Assembly (NCBI GenBank): GCA_016789725.1
Contig: JAEUQN010000002.1
Location: forward strand, 24,035-88,034
Length of the DNA stretch: 64,000 nucleotides
Source: Blastocatellia bacterium
Lineage (GTDB): Bacteria; Acidobacteriota; Blastocatellia; RBC074
Direction: 5' to 3'
Shown here: piece after piece, positions 40,264-49,074 of the stretch
Numbering within the stretch: the stretch's first letter is position 1
How the letters are laid out: every line of letters starts with the position of its first letter
Translations under genes and position numbers: made by a program
Notes under the pieces: model-generated
What the model was told of the DNA's origin: nothing
Seen by the model: the letters and a program-made list of their open reading frames with translations, nothing else
Database searches by the model: none

Positions 40264-41439
40264 TTATTCGGTAACAAGCAAAGTTGAAACCCACTGTGCA
40301 ATCGCTTGATGCGCGTTCAGATTGATCGCGGGGAAGGCGATGGGCACTTCACAATTGAGTTCCGCTTGCAGCTTTTGCATTAGGGTTTCAGCGGTTAGCG
40401 TGTCTGGGTGAAGATATTGAAAAAAGCCGCGTTGGCTCATTCGTTCCGCCCGAATCAATTGCTCCTGGACGGGGCGCACACGTGGGATGATGATGGCTTT
40501 TTTCTGGAGCGAAAGAATCTCTGAAATTGTATTGTAACCACCCATCGCAACGACCACCTCTGCCGCACCGAGGTAGCTCATCAGGTCATTGGTAAACTCC
40601 ATCATTGTGACGTGCGGTGAACTGGCTTGGAATAAGGCTTGTCGTTGGGATGCTGCCATTTCGGGGCCGGTAACAATCAGGCTATGAATGTTGTGATTCG
40701 TTGGCAATTGGGCGAGGCCTCGCAAATAGGTGGCGATTGATTGATACGCATCTTCGCCCCCGCCGAGCGTGACTACAACCAATCGTTCTTGATCGCTTAA
40801 TCCCAATTCCCGTCGCACGTCCTGGCGGCTTTTGTTTCCTGGCTCGCGGCGCAGATAACCGCAGAATTTTACTTTGTCGGCGACCGAAGCGGGGAATTGA
40901 TATTGGCTCCGGGGATCAAAAATTTCAGGAACGCCAAGGCTCAGCACCAGATCGTAAAATTCATCAATGACCTGAAAATAATCGTGCGCTTTCCAGACGT
41001 TTACCGTAGATTCAGGTGTGTCCAGGATGTCGCGCAGAATCAATGCGACTTTCAGATTCGGCGAAGCTTGTTTCAGGTATTCCAGCGTCGCTTTCAATTC
41101 GTTTTTGATGCCGAAGGGCTTTTTGTCGACAAGAAACAGATCGGGTTGGAAATTCGCGGCAGCCGCCAGCATCAAATCTGAACGCAACTTGATTCCCTCA
41201 ACAATACCCAGTCGCAATGATTTTACGGCGTAGCCATCGCGTTCCGTTCGCGTTAAGCAGGGAAGCTTGATGTAATCAAGTCCATCGGCGAGGCGAAAGC
41301 TTTGCACCATGGGCGAACCAGACAAGAGCAAAATCGAGAGATCAGGGATGGCGCGGCTCAGGGATTGGCAAATTGAAAGCATGCGCCGCAAATTGCCGAG
41401 TCCGTAGGTGTCATGCGAATAGACGAGAATTTTCTTCAT
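40264..41439 (-). CDS. glycosyltransferase, GT-B fold with MurG/GT28-like C-terminal domain
   Basis: N-terminal ILVYSHDTYGLGNLRRMLSI and C-terminal AMGGYNTISEILSLQKKAIIIPR. A paralog lies at 37867-38991. This is the first gene of the co-directional cluster. Confidence 0.65.
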   Translation of the reverse strand: MKKILVYSHDTYGLGNLRRMLSICQSLSRAIPDLSILLLSGSPMVQSFRLADGLDYIKLPCLTRTERDGYAVKSLRLGIVEGIKLRSDLMLAAAANFQPDLFLVDKKPFGIKNELKATLEYLKQASPNLKVALILRDILDTPESTVNVWKAHDYFQVIDEFYDLVLSLGVPEIFDPRSQYQFPASVADKVKFCGYLRREPGNKSRQDVRRELGLSDQERLVVVTLGGGEDAYQSIATYLRGLAQLPTNHNIHSLIVTGPEMAASQRQALFQASSPHVTMMEFTNDLMSYLGAAEVVVAMGGYNTISEILSLQKKAIIIPRVRPVQEQLIRAERMSQRGFFQYLHPDTLTAETLMQKLQAELNCEVPIAFPAINLNAHQAIAQWVSTLLVTE

Positions 41440-41554
41440 GCTTCCTTGTAGGTCATCCCATCAAAATGAAAGTCCTAATGGAAATATGCTCCCAGGTTAT
41501 GCTAAATTTCCTTTGGACAACCGAAATTCTAAGTTCTTTGGAGGTTTACATTAC

Positions 41555-41815
41555 ATGCCAATTTACGAGTATGCCTGCACGAAATGCGGACATCAACTGG
41601 AAGTAATGCAAAAAATAAGTGATAAACCGTTGAGCCGCTGCCCAGAATGCCGAGGCAAACTGGAAAAGCTTTTTTCGCAAACCAGCTTTCAACTCAAAGG
41701 AGCAGGGTGGTATGTGACAGATTACAGTAAGAGCGGTGGCGGCAAAGCGGACAAAAAAGCTGATTCGGGAACGGAAACGAAAACCGAAAAAAAAGCTGAA
41801 CCGGCTGCTGCCTGA
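41555..41815 (+). CDS. FmdB-family zinc-ribbon protein (CxxC_CxxC_SSSS type)
   Basis: MPIYEYACTKCGHQLEVMQKISDKPLSRCPECRGKLEKLFS, then a Lys/Gly-rich tail. ATG 41555 sits behind GGAGG. The ORF-track start at 41438 is an extension. Confidence 0.8.
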   Translation: MPIYEYACTKCGHQLEVMQKISDKPLSRCPECRGKLEKLFSQTSFQLKGAGWYVTDYSKSGGGKADKKADSGTETKTEKKAEPAAA

Positions 41816-41878
41816 ATGCCGCGATCAACCGCACGTGGTTCGTGCGGATATTGCGAATAATCGTGAGAGGATGTTGTT

Positions 41879-42865
41879 ATGAAGTCACTGCTTCGCACCG
41901 ATCAATACAAACCGACGATGGTTGGTTTTTGTCTAAGCGCGGCAGTGGCTTTAATCGTTTTAGTGCTGGGTAGCGTGGTGTGGGCACAAGCCGGGCGCAA
42001 TACATCCTCAGCGCGGCGCACAACGATTTTGCCGCTTTTCGTTCGCTTTAGCGAAGATACATCCAAGCCACCTCCGCTGTTGGGAACGCCAAAGCAAGAG
42101 GAAGTCGAAAAGATTTTGACGCGCGATAAAATCGAACTTTTTGATAATGGGGTTTTTCAAAAGATCGAATCGCTGGCACCTGATCCGAGTCCCGCGCGCA
42201 TTGTTGTAGTCCTCGACAATTCCGCTACTCTGCAAACAGATGTCAAAAAACTTGCTGCTATCCCTGCGGCCTTTGCGCCCGAAATTTATGAGGGCGATAA
42301 GGTGATGGTGGTGGGATATGATCTCAAACCGGAGATCATCACAGAATTCACCGACAAACCCGAAGATTTACAAAACACCCTGTCATTATTGCGCAAAACG
42401 GATTCACCGCACTTATTTGAGGCATTAGATGTGGTGATGGAAGATGTGATGCGCCCGTTGATTGGATATTCAAAGCGCATCATTGTTTTGGTGAGCGATG
42501 GCTTGGATCGAGACAGCAAGGTCAAGTTTGATCGCATTCTCAGCACGTTGCAGGATGAGAACATCACGGTTTATGCGATTCAGGTCAAAGACCGAACGCG
42601 CGGGGCGCTGCGCAAAGATGTTCCGAAGCCGGTGGACTGCCTGGAACAATTGACGGTCGGAACGGGCGGGAAAATTTATTCGATTGATGGCGACATCAAA
42701 CAAGCTGTCAAAGAAATCTGCGATGAGCAACGCAATGAACGTTATCAATTGACCTATTACCCGGAAGGTATCAATCCAATCAATAAGCGACATTTGCTGT
42801 TAACGTCTTACGATTCAAGTGTTGTCCTTCGTTTCAAGGGATCTCACCCCCCGCATCGCTATTAA
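41879..42865 (+). CDS. membrane-anchored von Willebrand factor A (VWA) domain protein
   Basis: N-terminal TM helix. MIDAS-like VVVLDNSAT, and distal [10 protein letters not shown]. Confidence 0.8.
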   Translation: MKSLLRTDQYKPTMVGFCLSAAVALIVLVLGSVVWAQAGRNTSSARRTTILPLFVRFSEDTSKPPPLLGTPKQEEVEKILTRDKIELFDNGVFQKIESLAPDPSPARIVVVLDNSATLQTDVKKLAAIPAAFAPEIYEGDKVMVVGYDLKPEIITEFTDKPEDLQNTLSLLRKTDSPHLFEALDVVMEDVMRPLIGYSKRIIVLVSDGLDRDSKVKFDRILSTLQDENITVYAIQVKDRTRGALRKDVPKPVDCLEQLTVGTGGKIYSIDGDIKQAVKEICDEQRNERYQLTYYPEGINPINKRHLLLTSYDSSVVLRFKGSHPPHRY

Positions 42866-42915
42866 GAATCACGAATTATCCGACCACGAGATTTTACGTT
42901 TCGATCTCAGCCATT

Positions 42916-43305
42916 ATGGAAAATGAATCCCTGGAACTTAGAGACCCTGCCATCCGCGTCACGATGATGCCAAAAGATACAAATTATGCGGGTACGATAT
43001 TCGGCGGCGTGATCCTGAGCTACCTGGATTTGGCTGGCGCTGTTGAAGCGCGTAAGCATGGCAAAGATAAACTGTTTGTGACAGTGGCAATGCATGGCGT
43101 GGATTTTATCGCGCCCGTCTTTGTGGGCGATCTGGTCAGCTTTTATACCCGCACGCAAAAAATTGGTCGCACTTCGGTTACTGTAGATATTACTGTCGAA
43201 GCCGTTCGCCGCGAAGGTAGTGGCGAACGCGTCCGCGTGATGGAAGCGGACGTTGTATATGTCGCCGTAGATGAAAATCGTCGCCCCATCCCGATCAATA
43301 CTTGA
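42916..43305 (+). CDS. acyl-CoA thioesterase (hotdog fold, YciA-like)
   Basis: [25 protein letters not shown] ... [25 protein letters not shown]. Confidence 0.88.
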   Translation: MENESLELRDPAIRVTMMPKDTNYAGTIFGGVILSYLDLAGAVEARKHGKDKLFVTVAMHGVDFIAPVFVGDLVSFYTRTQKIGRTSVTVDITVEAVRREGSGERVRVMEADVVYVAVDENRRPIPINT

Positions 43306-43376
43306 TCTCGAATTGCTCTCGCAGCGCGCTCCCCGAATCGCTGTTTTCTCAGAACCCTCTACCCTTGGAGAATTTC

Positions 43377-44585
43377 ATGAAAGTCTTTTCCTGTTGGACT
43401 CTCGCGCTGGCATTAATTTTTAGTTCATCCCTCACTCTCTCAAACACTGGAACGGGGACTGTTCACGCGAAGGCGAACGCTAAAAATATTTCTCTGGCGG
43501 AGAACTCCGTCTCAATTTTACCTAAATCAGATGTGGTGGCCGTACTGGATATTAGCCGCTTGGTAAATGATTTGTTGCCGAAGGCCAAACAAGCCTGGCC
43601 GGAGCAAATGGCGAAAGCTGAAAAGGAACTCAATGAGTTCATCAGCGAAGCGGCGAAAGATGGCGTTGATCTCTATAAGGTTAAATCTCTGACAATCGGC
43701 TTAAAAATGTTCGGCGACAAAGTTACCGGGGCCATGATTGTTGACGGGTTAACGGTCACGCCGGAAATGATGGCGAAGGAGAATAAGGACAGTAAGGCAG
43801 TTGAGTATAAAGGTAAAACTTTGTACATCGAAACGCCCAAACCGGAACCCAAAGTAGCAACCAAAACGCCCGCCAAACGGACGGGAAAAAGCACCGCCGC
43901 TGCTGGTTCCAAGTCGAAAACCGGCGCGAAAGCGAAACCTGCCAGCGCGAAGGCTAAGCCACAAGGCCCCGGCGGCATTCCAATGGGGAATATGACCGAC
44001 CTGGCAAGCAATATGAGCGCAGGATTCCTGAAAGGGAATACGGCGTTTGTTCAGCTTGACCCTGAGCGGATGGCGCTGGGTGATGAGGCCGAAGTCAAAG
44101 CAGTGATTGACGCCTTAACCGGAAGCCCTGACCCGACGATTAATATCGGCAGTGATTTGACCGCAGCGTTACAGGAAACCAAGTCCAGCGGATTGCTGCG
44201 GTTTGCGGTGAACATCCCCGACAGTGCGCGACAGGCAGCGCAGAGCGAGGATTTTCTTAGAAATCTGGCAGTGACCAAAATGGTGCTAGGCACGTTGGAT
44301 GTCACGGATGATATGAGTTTGTCCCTCGATACAAAATTACGGACGGCGTCTGCGGACGATGCCACAAAATTGCACGAATCGCTGGCGGCCTTACTGGGAT
44401 TAGGGAAAATGATGTTGGGTGGCAACCAGGACCCGATGATGCTGATGCTCAATAAAGTGCTGGAGCAAATTCGTCTCAGCCCGCAGGCGAATGATGTTTC
44501 ATTAGCTCTAACAATCCCACGCGAACTTTACGAGACATTCCTGAAATCCACTCCGCCAGCGACCCCAACGAAAAACGACAAATAG
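43377..44585 (+). CDS. secreted hypothetical protein with Lys/Ala-rich low-complexity linker
   Basis: ATG 43377 sits behind GGAGA. Signal peptide MKVFSCWTLALALIFSSSLTLSNTGTGTVHA. Linker KTPAKRTGKSTAAAGSKSKTGAKAKPASAKAKP. No family recognised. Confidence 0.6.
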   Translation: MKVFSCWTLALALIFSSSLTLSNTGTGTVHAKANAKNISLAENSVSILPKSDVVAVLDISRLVNDLLPKAKQAWPEQMAKAEKELNEFISEAAKDGVDLYKVKSLTIGLKMFGDKVTGAMIVDGLTVTPEMMAKENKDSKAVEYKGKTLYIETPKPEPKVATKTPAKRTGKSTAAAGSKSKTGAKAKPASAKAKPQGPGGIPMGNMTDLASNMSAGFLKGNTAFVQLDPERMALGDEAEVKAVIDALTGSPDPTINIGSDLTAALQETKSSGLLRFAVNIPDSARQAAQSEDFLRNLAVTKMVLGTLDVTDDMSLSLDTKLRTASADDATKLHESLAALLGLGKMMLGGNQDPMMLMLNKVLEQIRLSPQANDVSLALTIPRELYETFLKSTPPATPTKNDK

Positions 44586-44605
44586 TTTGACAGCGGTCTG
44601 CTTAT

Positions 44606-44641
44606 AAAGGCTGGAGGTCGTTCGCGTCTTCCAGCCTTTTT
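44606..44641 (+). terminator. rho-independent terminator
   Basis: 10-bp stem AAAGGCTGGA (44606-44615) / TCCAGCCTTT (44630-44639), followed by further T's running into TTTTTG. Confidence 0.75.
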
Positions 44642-44828
44642 GATTTTGTGAGCACGCCAGCTTTTGCTCTAAGGAGCGAAGGTCGTTCATCGTGTGGTAG
44701 GCCTTTCTGTTTGGTCACAAAAATATAATCACACGATGCTCTCTTGTCATCGTAAACTGCCCTTTTTCAAAGACCTATATCGTTTTATCTACTACAAAGC
44801 AATATACGAGTACCTTTGATTACGCCTG

Positions 44829-46496
44829 TTACGCCATCTTGATGGCTTGCGCATCTTCCAATCCCAATTCCTTCACACTCTCTTCACGCATCAGAAATTT
44901 CTGAATCTTGCCCGTCACGGTCATCGGAAACGATGCGACGAATTTCACGTAGCGCGGGATTTTGTGGTGCGCGATTTTGCCGCGACAGAAATCTTTGAGT
45001 TGGTCTTCGGTCAGCGTTTCGCCTTCGCGCAATTTGATCCACGCCATCACTTCTTCGCCGTATTTGAGGTCGGGGACGCCGATGACCTGGGCGTCTACGA
45101 TTGCCGGGTGCGTGTACAAAAATTCTTCGATTTCGCGCGGGTAGATGTTTTCGCCGCCGCGAATAATCAGGTCTTTGATGCGGCCTACGATGTTGACATA
45201 GCCTTCGGCGTCCATCACGGCCAAGTCGCCCGTGTGCATCCAACGTGCGGCGTCAATGCTCGTGCGTGTAGCTTCTTCGTTGTTCCAATAGCCGAGCATC
45301 ACGCTGTAGCCGCGCGTACAAAGCTCGCCTTTGGCACCGATGGGGACGATTTGGTTGGTGGCAGGGTCAATGATTTTGACTTCGACGTGCGGATGAATTT
45401 GGCCGACGGTGCTGACCCGTTTGTCGAAGGGCGCATCGGCGCGGGTTTGAAAACTGACGGGACTGGTTTCGGTCATGCCGTAGCAGATTTCGACTTCGCG
45501 CATGTGCATCAGCGAGTTCACTTTTTTCATGACTTCAACCGGACACGGCGCGCCCGCCATAATGCCCGTGCGCAAGCTGGTCAAATCGTATTTGGCAAAA
45601 TCGGGATGCGCGAGTTCGGCGATGAACATTGTCGGCACACCGTACAAAGCGGTTGCGCGTTCGGCCTCGACGGCTTCAAGCACAGCTTGCGGATCAAAAA
45701 TCGGACTTGGATAAATCATCGTCGCGCCGTGTGTCACACAACCGAGATTCGCCATCACCATTCCGAAGCAATGATAAAGCGGCACCGGAATCACCAAACG
45801 ATCTTTGTCGGTGAAGCGCATCAGTTCGGCGACGAAATAGCCGTTGTTCAGAATATTGTGATGACTGAGCGTCGCGCCTTTCGGACGGCCTGTGGTGCCG
45901 CTGGTGTATTGGATGTTGATTGGGTCATGGAATTGCAAGACGCTTTGCCGCGCAGTTAATTCATCGTCGCTGATGTCGTTGCCCAAAGCGAGTAATTCAT
46001 CCCACGTCTGAAAATCATGAAAACGTTCGGAGCCGAGGCCGATGATGAATTGCAGATCAGGAAGCTTCGGCGCGACTTCGGCGACCATCGCGGGATAATC
46101 CGATGTCTTGAACGGTGCGGACACCATCACGGCGCGACAGCCGGATTGTTCGAGCGCGTATTCGAGTTCGTGTGTGCGATAGTTCGGATTGAGGTTGACG
46201 AGGATGATACCGAGCTTGCTGGTGGCAAATTGCGTGATCGTCCATTCGGCACAGTTCGGCGACCAGATGCCGACGCGCTCGCCTTTTTGCAAGCCGAGTT
46301 TTATTAGGCCGCGCGCGCATTGATTGACTTGCTGTTGTAATTCTCGATACGTCAGGCGCAGGTTTTGGTGGCGCGAGACGAGGGCTTCGTTGTTGGGAAA
46401 TTGCGCAACGGTTTGATCGAATAGATCGCCGATGGTGATGCCGAGCAGTGGTTTGTCGCTCGTGCCGCTGACGTAGCTGAAACGCGGATCGGTCAT
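44829..46496 (-). CDS. AMP-forming acyl-CoA synthetase (fatty-acid--CoA ligase family)
   Basis: AMP-binding signature [18 protein letters not shown], plus [20 protein letters not shown] and [15 protein letters not shown] 46496 sits behind AGGAGG. Confidence 0.92.
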   Translation of the reverse strand: MTDPRFSYVSGTSDKPLLGITIGDLFDQTVAQFPNNEALVSRHQNLRLTYRELQQQVNQCARGLIKLGLQKGERVGIWSPNCAEWTITQFATSKLGIILVNLNPNYRTHELEYALEQSGCRAVMVSAPFKTSDYPAMVAEVAPKLPDLQFIIGLGSERFHDFQTWDELLALGNDISDDELTARQSVLQFHDPINIQYTSGTTGRPKGATLSHHNILNNGYFVAELMRFTDKDRLVIPVPLYHCFGMVMANLGCVTHGATMIYPSPIFDPQAVLEAVEAERATALYGVPTMFIAELAHPDFAKYDLTSLRTGIMAGAPCPVEVMKKVNSLMHMREVEICYGMTETSPVSFQTRADAPFDKRVSTVGQIHPHVEVKIIDPATNQIVPIGAKGELCTRGYSVMLGYWNNEEATRTSIDAARWMHTGDLAVMDAEGYVNIVGRIKDLIIRGGENIYPREIEEFLYTHPAIVDAQVIGVPDLKYGEEVMAWIKLREGETLTEDQLKDFCRGKIAHHKIPRYVKFVASFPMTVTGKIQKFLMREESVKELGLEDAQAIKMA

Positions 46497-46618
46497 GAGA
46501 TTGCCTCCTATTTTTCTTTTTCCTGAAGATACACCAACTCTCGTCAATTGGCTTGTGTTGCGTATAATGTGCGCGGCAAATTCCTTTTTCCAATTCCATC
46601 ATCTCCAGGAGTGCTGTC

Positions 46619-48217
46619 GTGATTGTTCCGCTGAATGAATATGACTTTCTGAAACGCGCCGTAACCGTCTACGGCGATTGCGAAGCCGTCGTATGTGGCG
46701 AACATCGGTTCACGTATCGCCAATTCAATGGTCGCGTGAACCAATGGGCGAATTTGATGCGCAACTTCGGCGTCAAAAAAGGCGACCGTGTCGCGGTGCT
46801 TTCGCAAAATTGCCATCGCCTGCTCGAAGCGTTTTTTGGCACGCCGTTGCTTGGCGCAATCCTGATGCCGCTGAATTTTCGCCTGATCCCGGACGACTTC
46901 AATTACATCCTCAATCACGGCGAAGCGAAAGTTGTCATCGTCGAAGAAGGTCTGACGCATTTGATTGACGAGATTCGCGGGCATCTGCCGAGCGTCGAGC
47001 ATTTTCTGATTGCGGGCGATAATATCGCGGACGCACCGAACGGCTGGCAGGACTACGAAAAGATGATGGCGCAGCATTCGACGCACGCGCCAACGCCTGC
47101 CGAAATTGACGAGAACGAAGCTTCGGCGTTGCTCTACACGTCAGGCACAACGGGGCGACCGAAAGGCGTGATACTCACGCACCGTAATTTGTATTTGAAT
47201 GCGATGAATTCGGTGATTGAATTCGGTCTCACGCACGCCGACAACTATTTGCACACGCTGGCGATGTTTCATTGCAACGGTTGGGGCTTGCCGTATGCGG
47301 TCACGGGCGTCGGCGGCAAGCACGTCGTCGTCAAAAAATACGAACCGGGATCGTTCTTTGATTTGGCGTGCAAAGAGCAAATGACCTTCGCCTGTATGCC
47401 GCCGACGATGATCAACCTCGCACTGAATCATCCGACGAGTCACAACTTGCCTGACAATTTCCCACGCAATGCACGTGTAGGTACGGCTGGTTCTGCGCCC
47501 CCGATGGCGTTGATCAAAGGAATGCAGGAACGTTTGGGCTGGCAGGTGATTCAGATTTACGGTTTGACCGAAACCGCGCCGTTCCTGACCGTTTCCAAAG
47601 TCAAACCGCACATGCAGGATTGGCCTGTCGAAGAAAAATATCGGATGCAAACGCGCACGGGCTATCCAATGCTCGGCGTCGAATTGCGCGTCGTAGACGA
47701 ACACAACAACGATGTCCCGAACGATGGGCAATCTGTCGGCGAAGTCATCGCGCGCGGCAACGTCGTGATGGCAGGTTATTGGCGGCAACAGGACGCAACG
47801 GACGCTGTGATTGTAGATGGATGGTTCCACACGGGCGACATGGCAAACCACGATAGCGAAGGCACGATTGAAGTCGTAGACCGCAAGAAAGACCTCATTA
47901 TTTCCGGCGGCGAAAATGTGTCTTCTATTGAGATTGAGGGAATGCTCTACAAACATCCAAGCGTCTTGGAAGCCGCGTGTATTGCTGTCCCGGATGAAAA
48001 ATGGGGCGAAGCGCCGGGCGCGATTGTGGTGCTAAAACCGGGCGAAGCGGCTACGGAAGCAGACCTGATTGAATTCTGTCGCGCGCACATGGCGCATTTC
48101 AAATGTCCGCGTTCGATCTATTTTTCGGAAGCATTGCCGCGCACGGCGACCGGCAAGATTCAAAAAAACGTGTTGCGCGAACAGTTCTGGCAAGGGCGGA
48201 CGAAACGCGTGAATTGA
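46619..48217 (+). CDS. AMP-forming acyl-CoA synthetase (fatty-acid--CoA ligase family)
   Basis: [38 protein letters not shown] and DLIISGGENVSS. GTG start at 46619. Transcribed divergently from the paralog. Confidence 0.92.
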   Translation: MIVPLNEYDFLKRAVTVYGDCEAVVCGEHRFTYRQFNGRVNQWANLMRNFGVKKGDRVAVLSQNCHRLLEAFFGTPLLGAILMPLNFRLIPDDFNYILNHGEAKVVIVEEGLTHLIDEIRGHLPSVEHFLIAGDNIADAPNGWQDYEKMMAQHSTHAPTPAEIDENEASALLYTSGTTGRPKGVILTHRNLYLNAMNSVIEFGLTHADNYLHTLAMFHCNGWGLPYAVTGVGGKHVVVKKYEPGSFFDLACKEQMTFACMPPTMINLALNHPTSHNLPDNFPRNARVGTAGSAPPMALIKGMQERLGWQVIQIYGLTETAPFLTVSKVKPHMQDWPVEEKYRMQTRTGYPMLGVELRVVDEHNNDVPNDGQSVGEVIARGNVVMAGYWRQQDATDAVIVDGWFHTGDMANHDSEGTIEVVDRKKDLIISGGENVSSIEIEGMLYKHPSVLEAACIAVPDEKWGEAPGAIVVLKPGEAATEADLIEFCRAHMAHFKCPRSIYFSEALPRTATGKIQKNVLREQFWQGRTKRVN

Positions 48218-48235
48218 AATATGGATGAAGTACCT

Positions 48236-48295
48236 CAGCCGTCGAACGGCTGGTCTAATGGCCTGCTTTGCAGGAAAGCCCGATGAATCGGGCTG
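48236..48295 (+). repeat. REP-like multi-hairpin unit, copy A
   Basis: CAGCCGTCGAACGGCTGGTCTAATGGCCTGCTTTGCAGGAAAGCCCGATGAATCGGGCTG. Hairpins are CAGCCGT/ACGGCTG, CCTGC/GCAGG and AGCCCG/CGGGCT. Confidence 0.75.
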
Positions 48296-48397
48296 TACCG
48301 ATGACAACATTATTGCGATAAGGCAGGACACGCTATGGTGATAGACAAAGATCACGCCAAGAATTTTTTCAGCTTTTGAGATCAATTGCCCTGTACT

Positions 48398-48452
48398 AAC
48401 CCGATTCATCGGGTTTCCCGTCAGGGCCAATAGGCGAGCCGTTCGACGGCTG
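48398..48452 (-). repeat. REP-like multi-hairpin unit, copy B (inverted)
   Basis: The reverse complement CAGCCGTCGAACGGCTCGCCTATTGGCCCTGACGGGAAACCCGATGAATCGGGTT aligns with copies A and C. Confidence 0.75.
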
Positions 48453-48473
48453 GTAACACAAACGATGAATTAC

Positions 48474-48500
48474 GAAGGGCGTTTCAACGTCCTTCCCCAA
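48474..48500. repeat. inner inverted repeat, left (GAAGGGCGTTTCAACGTCCTTCCCCAA)
   Basis: The reverse complement of 48950-48975 is GGAGGGCGTTTCAACGTCCTTCCCAA, which is near-identical. Each copy is also an imperfect hairpin. Confidence 0.8.
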
Positions 48501-48512
48501 ACCGCTTGAGCA

Positions 48513-48941
48513 ATGCCCCGAAACGTTTATGCGGAAATCAATTTGCACATCACGTGGCATACGAAACAGAGCTTTCCTTCGCTGACAGAGCAAATTGAGA
48601 ATCGCCTTCACCACTATTTGCAGCATCGGGCGTTGGAAACAGCAGGTGTGGTTTTTCACGCCATTGGCGGCACGGAAAATCACGTTCACATCGCTGTCAG
48701 CGTTCCGCCGACCTTGCTCATCAGCGATTGGGTCGGCAAATTAAAAGGCGCGAGTTCGCATTACATTAATCACGAAATTGCGAATCGGAAAGTTTTGGAA
48801 TGGCAAACGGGCTATGGCGTCGTCAGTTTTGGAGCAAAGGATTTGGAATGGGTCGTGAGCTACATTCGCAATCAAAAAGAACATCATCGCAATGGTTCGA
48901 TTTATGACCGGTTGGAACGAATTGCGGTGGACGAATGCTAA
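48513..48941 (+). CDS. IS200/IS605-family Y1 (HUH) transposase, RAYT-like
   Basis: HUH motif NHVHIAVS. Catalytic Tyr context VVSYIRNQKEHH. WQTGYGVVSF. The 142-aa size is typical of this family. Confidence 0.88.
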   Translation: MPRNVYAEINLHITWHTKQSFPSLTEQIENRLHHYLQHRALETAGVVFHAIGGTENHVHIAVSVPPTLLISDWVGKLKGASSHYINHEIANRKVLEWQTGYGVVSFGAKDLEWVVSYIRNQKEHHRNGSIYDRLERIAVDEC

Positions 48942-48949
48942 AGCTGTTG

Positions 48950-48975
48950 TTGGGAAGGACGTTGAAACGCCCTCC
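48950..48975. repeat. inner inverted repeat, right (TTGGGAAGGACGTTGAAACGCCCTCC)
   Basis: Partner of 48474-48500. Begins 9 nt after the transposase stop. Confidence 0.8.
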
Positions 48976-48995
48976 CTGTTTTGTGTTTTGTGTCC

Positions 48996-49052
48996 CAGCC
49001 GTCGAACGGCTGGTCTAATCGCCCTTGCGGGAAAGCCCGATGAATCGGGCTG
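48996..49052 (+). repeat. REP-like multi-hairpin unit, copy C
   Basis: CAGCCGTCGAACGGCTGGTCTAATCGCCCTTGCGGGAAAGCCCGATGAATCGGGCTG. The first 24 nt are identical to copy A. Confidence 0.75.
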
Positions 49053-49074
49053 CTGAGGAAACAAAGGAAGAAAT

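Larger units (their letters stand above)
48398..49052 (+). mobile_element. RAYT-like / IS200-family Y1 transposase locus bracketed by inverted REP units
   Basis: Order is REP-B (minus), 27-nt IR-L (48474-48500), transposase gene, 26-nt IR-R (48950-48975), REP-C (plus). A further REP-A lies ~100 bp to the left. Confidence 0.7.

Noticed and set aside
44847-45959. 370-aa plus-strand ORF
   Set aside because: It lies entirely antisense within the well-supported acyl-CoA synthetase gene. Its composition is Arg/His/Phe/Asp-rich and low in complexity, typical of a shadow ORF. No motifs.
47141-47956. 271-aa minus-strand ORF
   Set aside because: Antisense shadow inside the second acyl-CoA synthetase gene. 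Arg/His-rich with no recognisable family.
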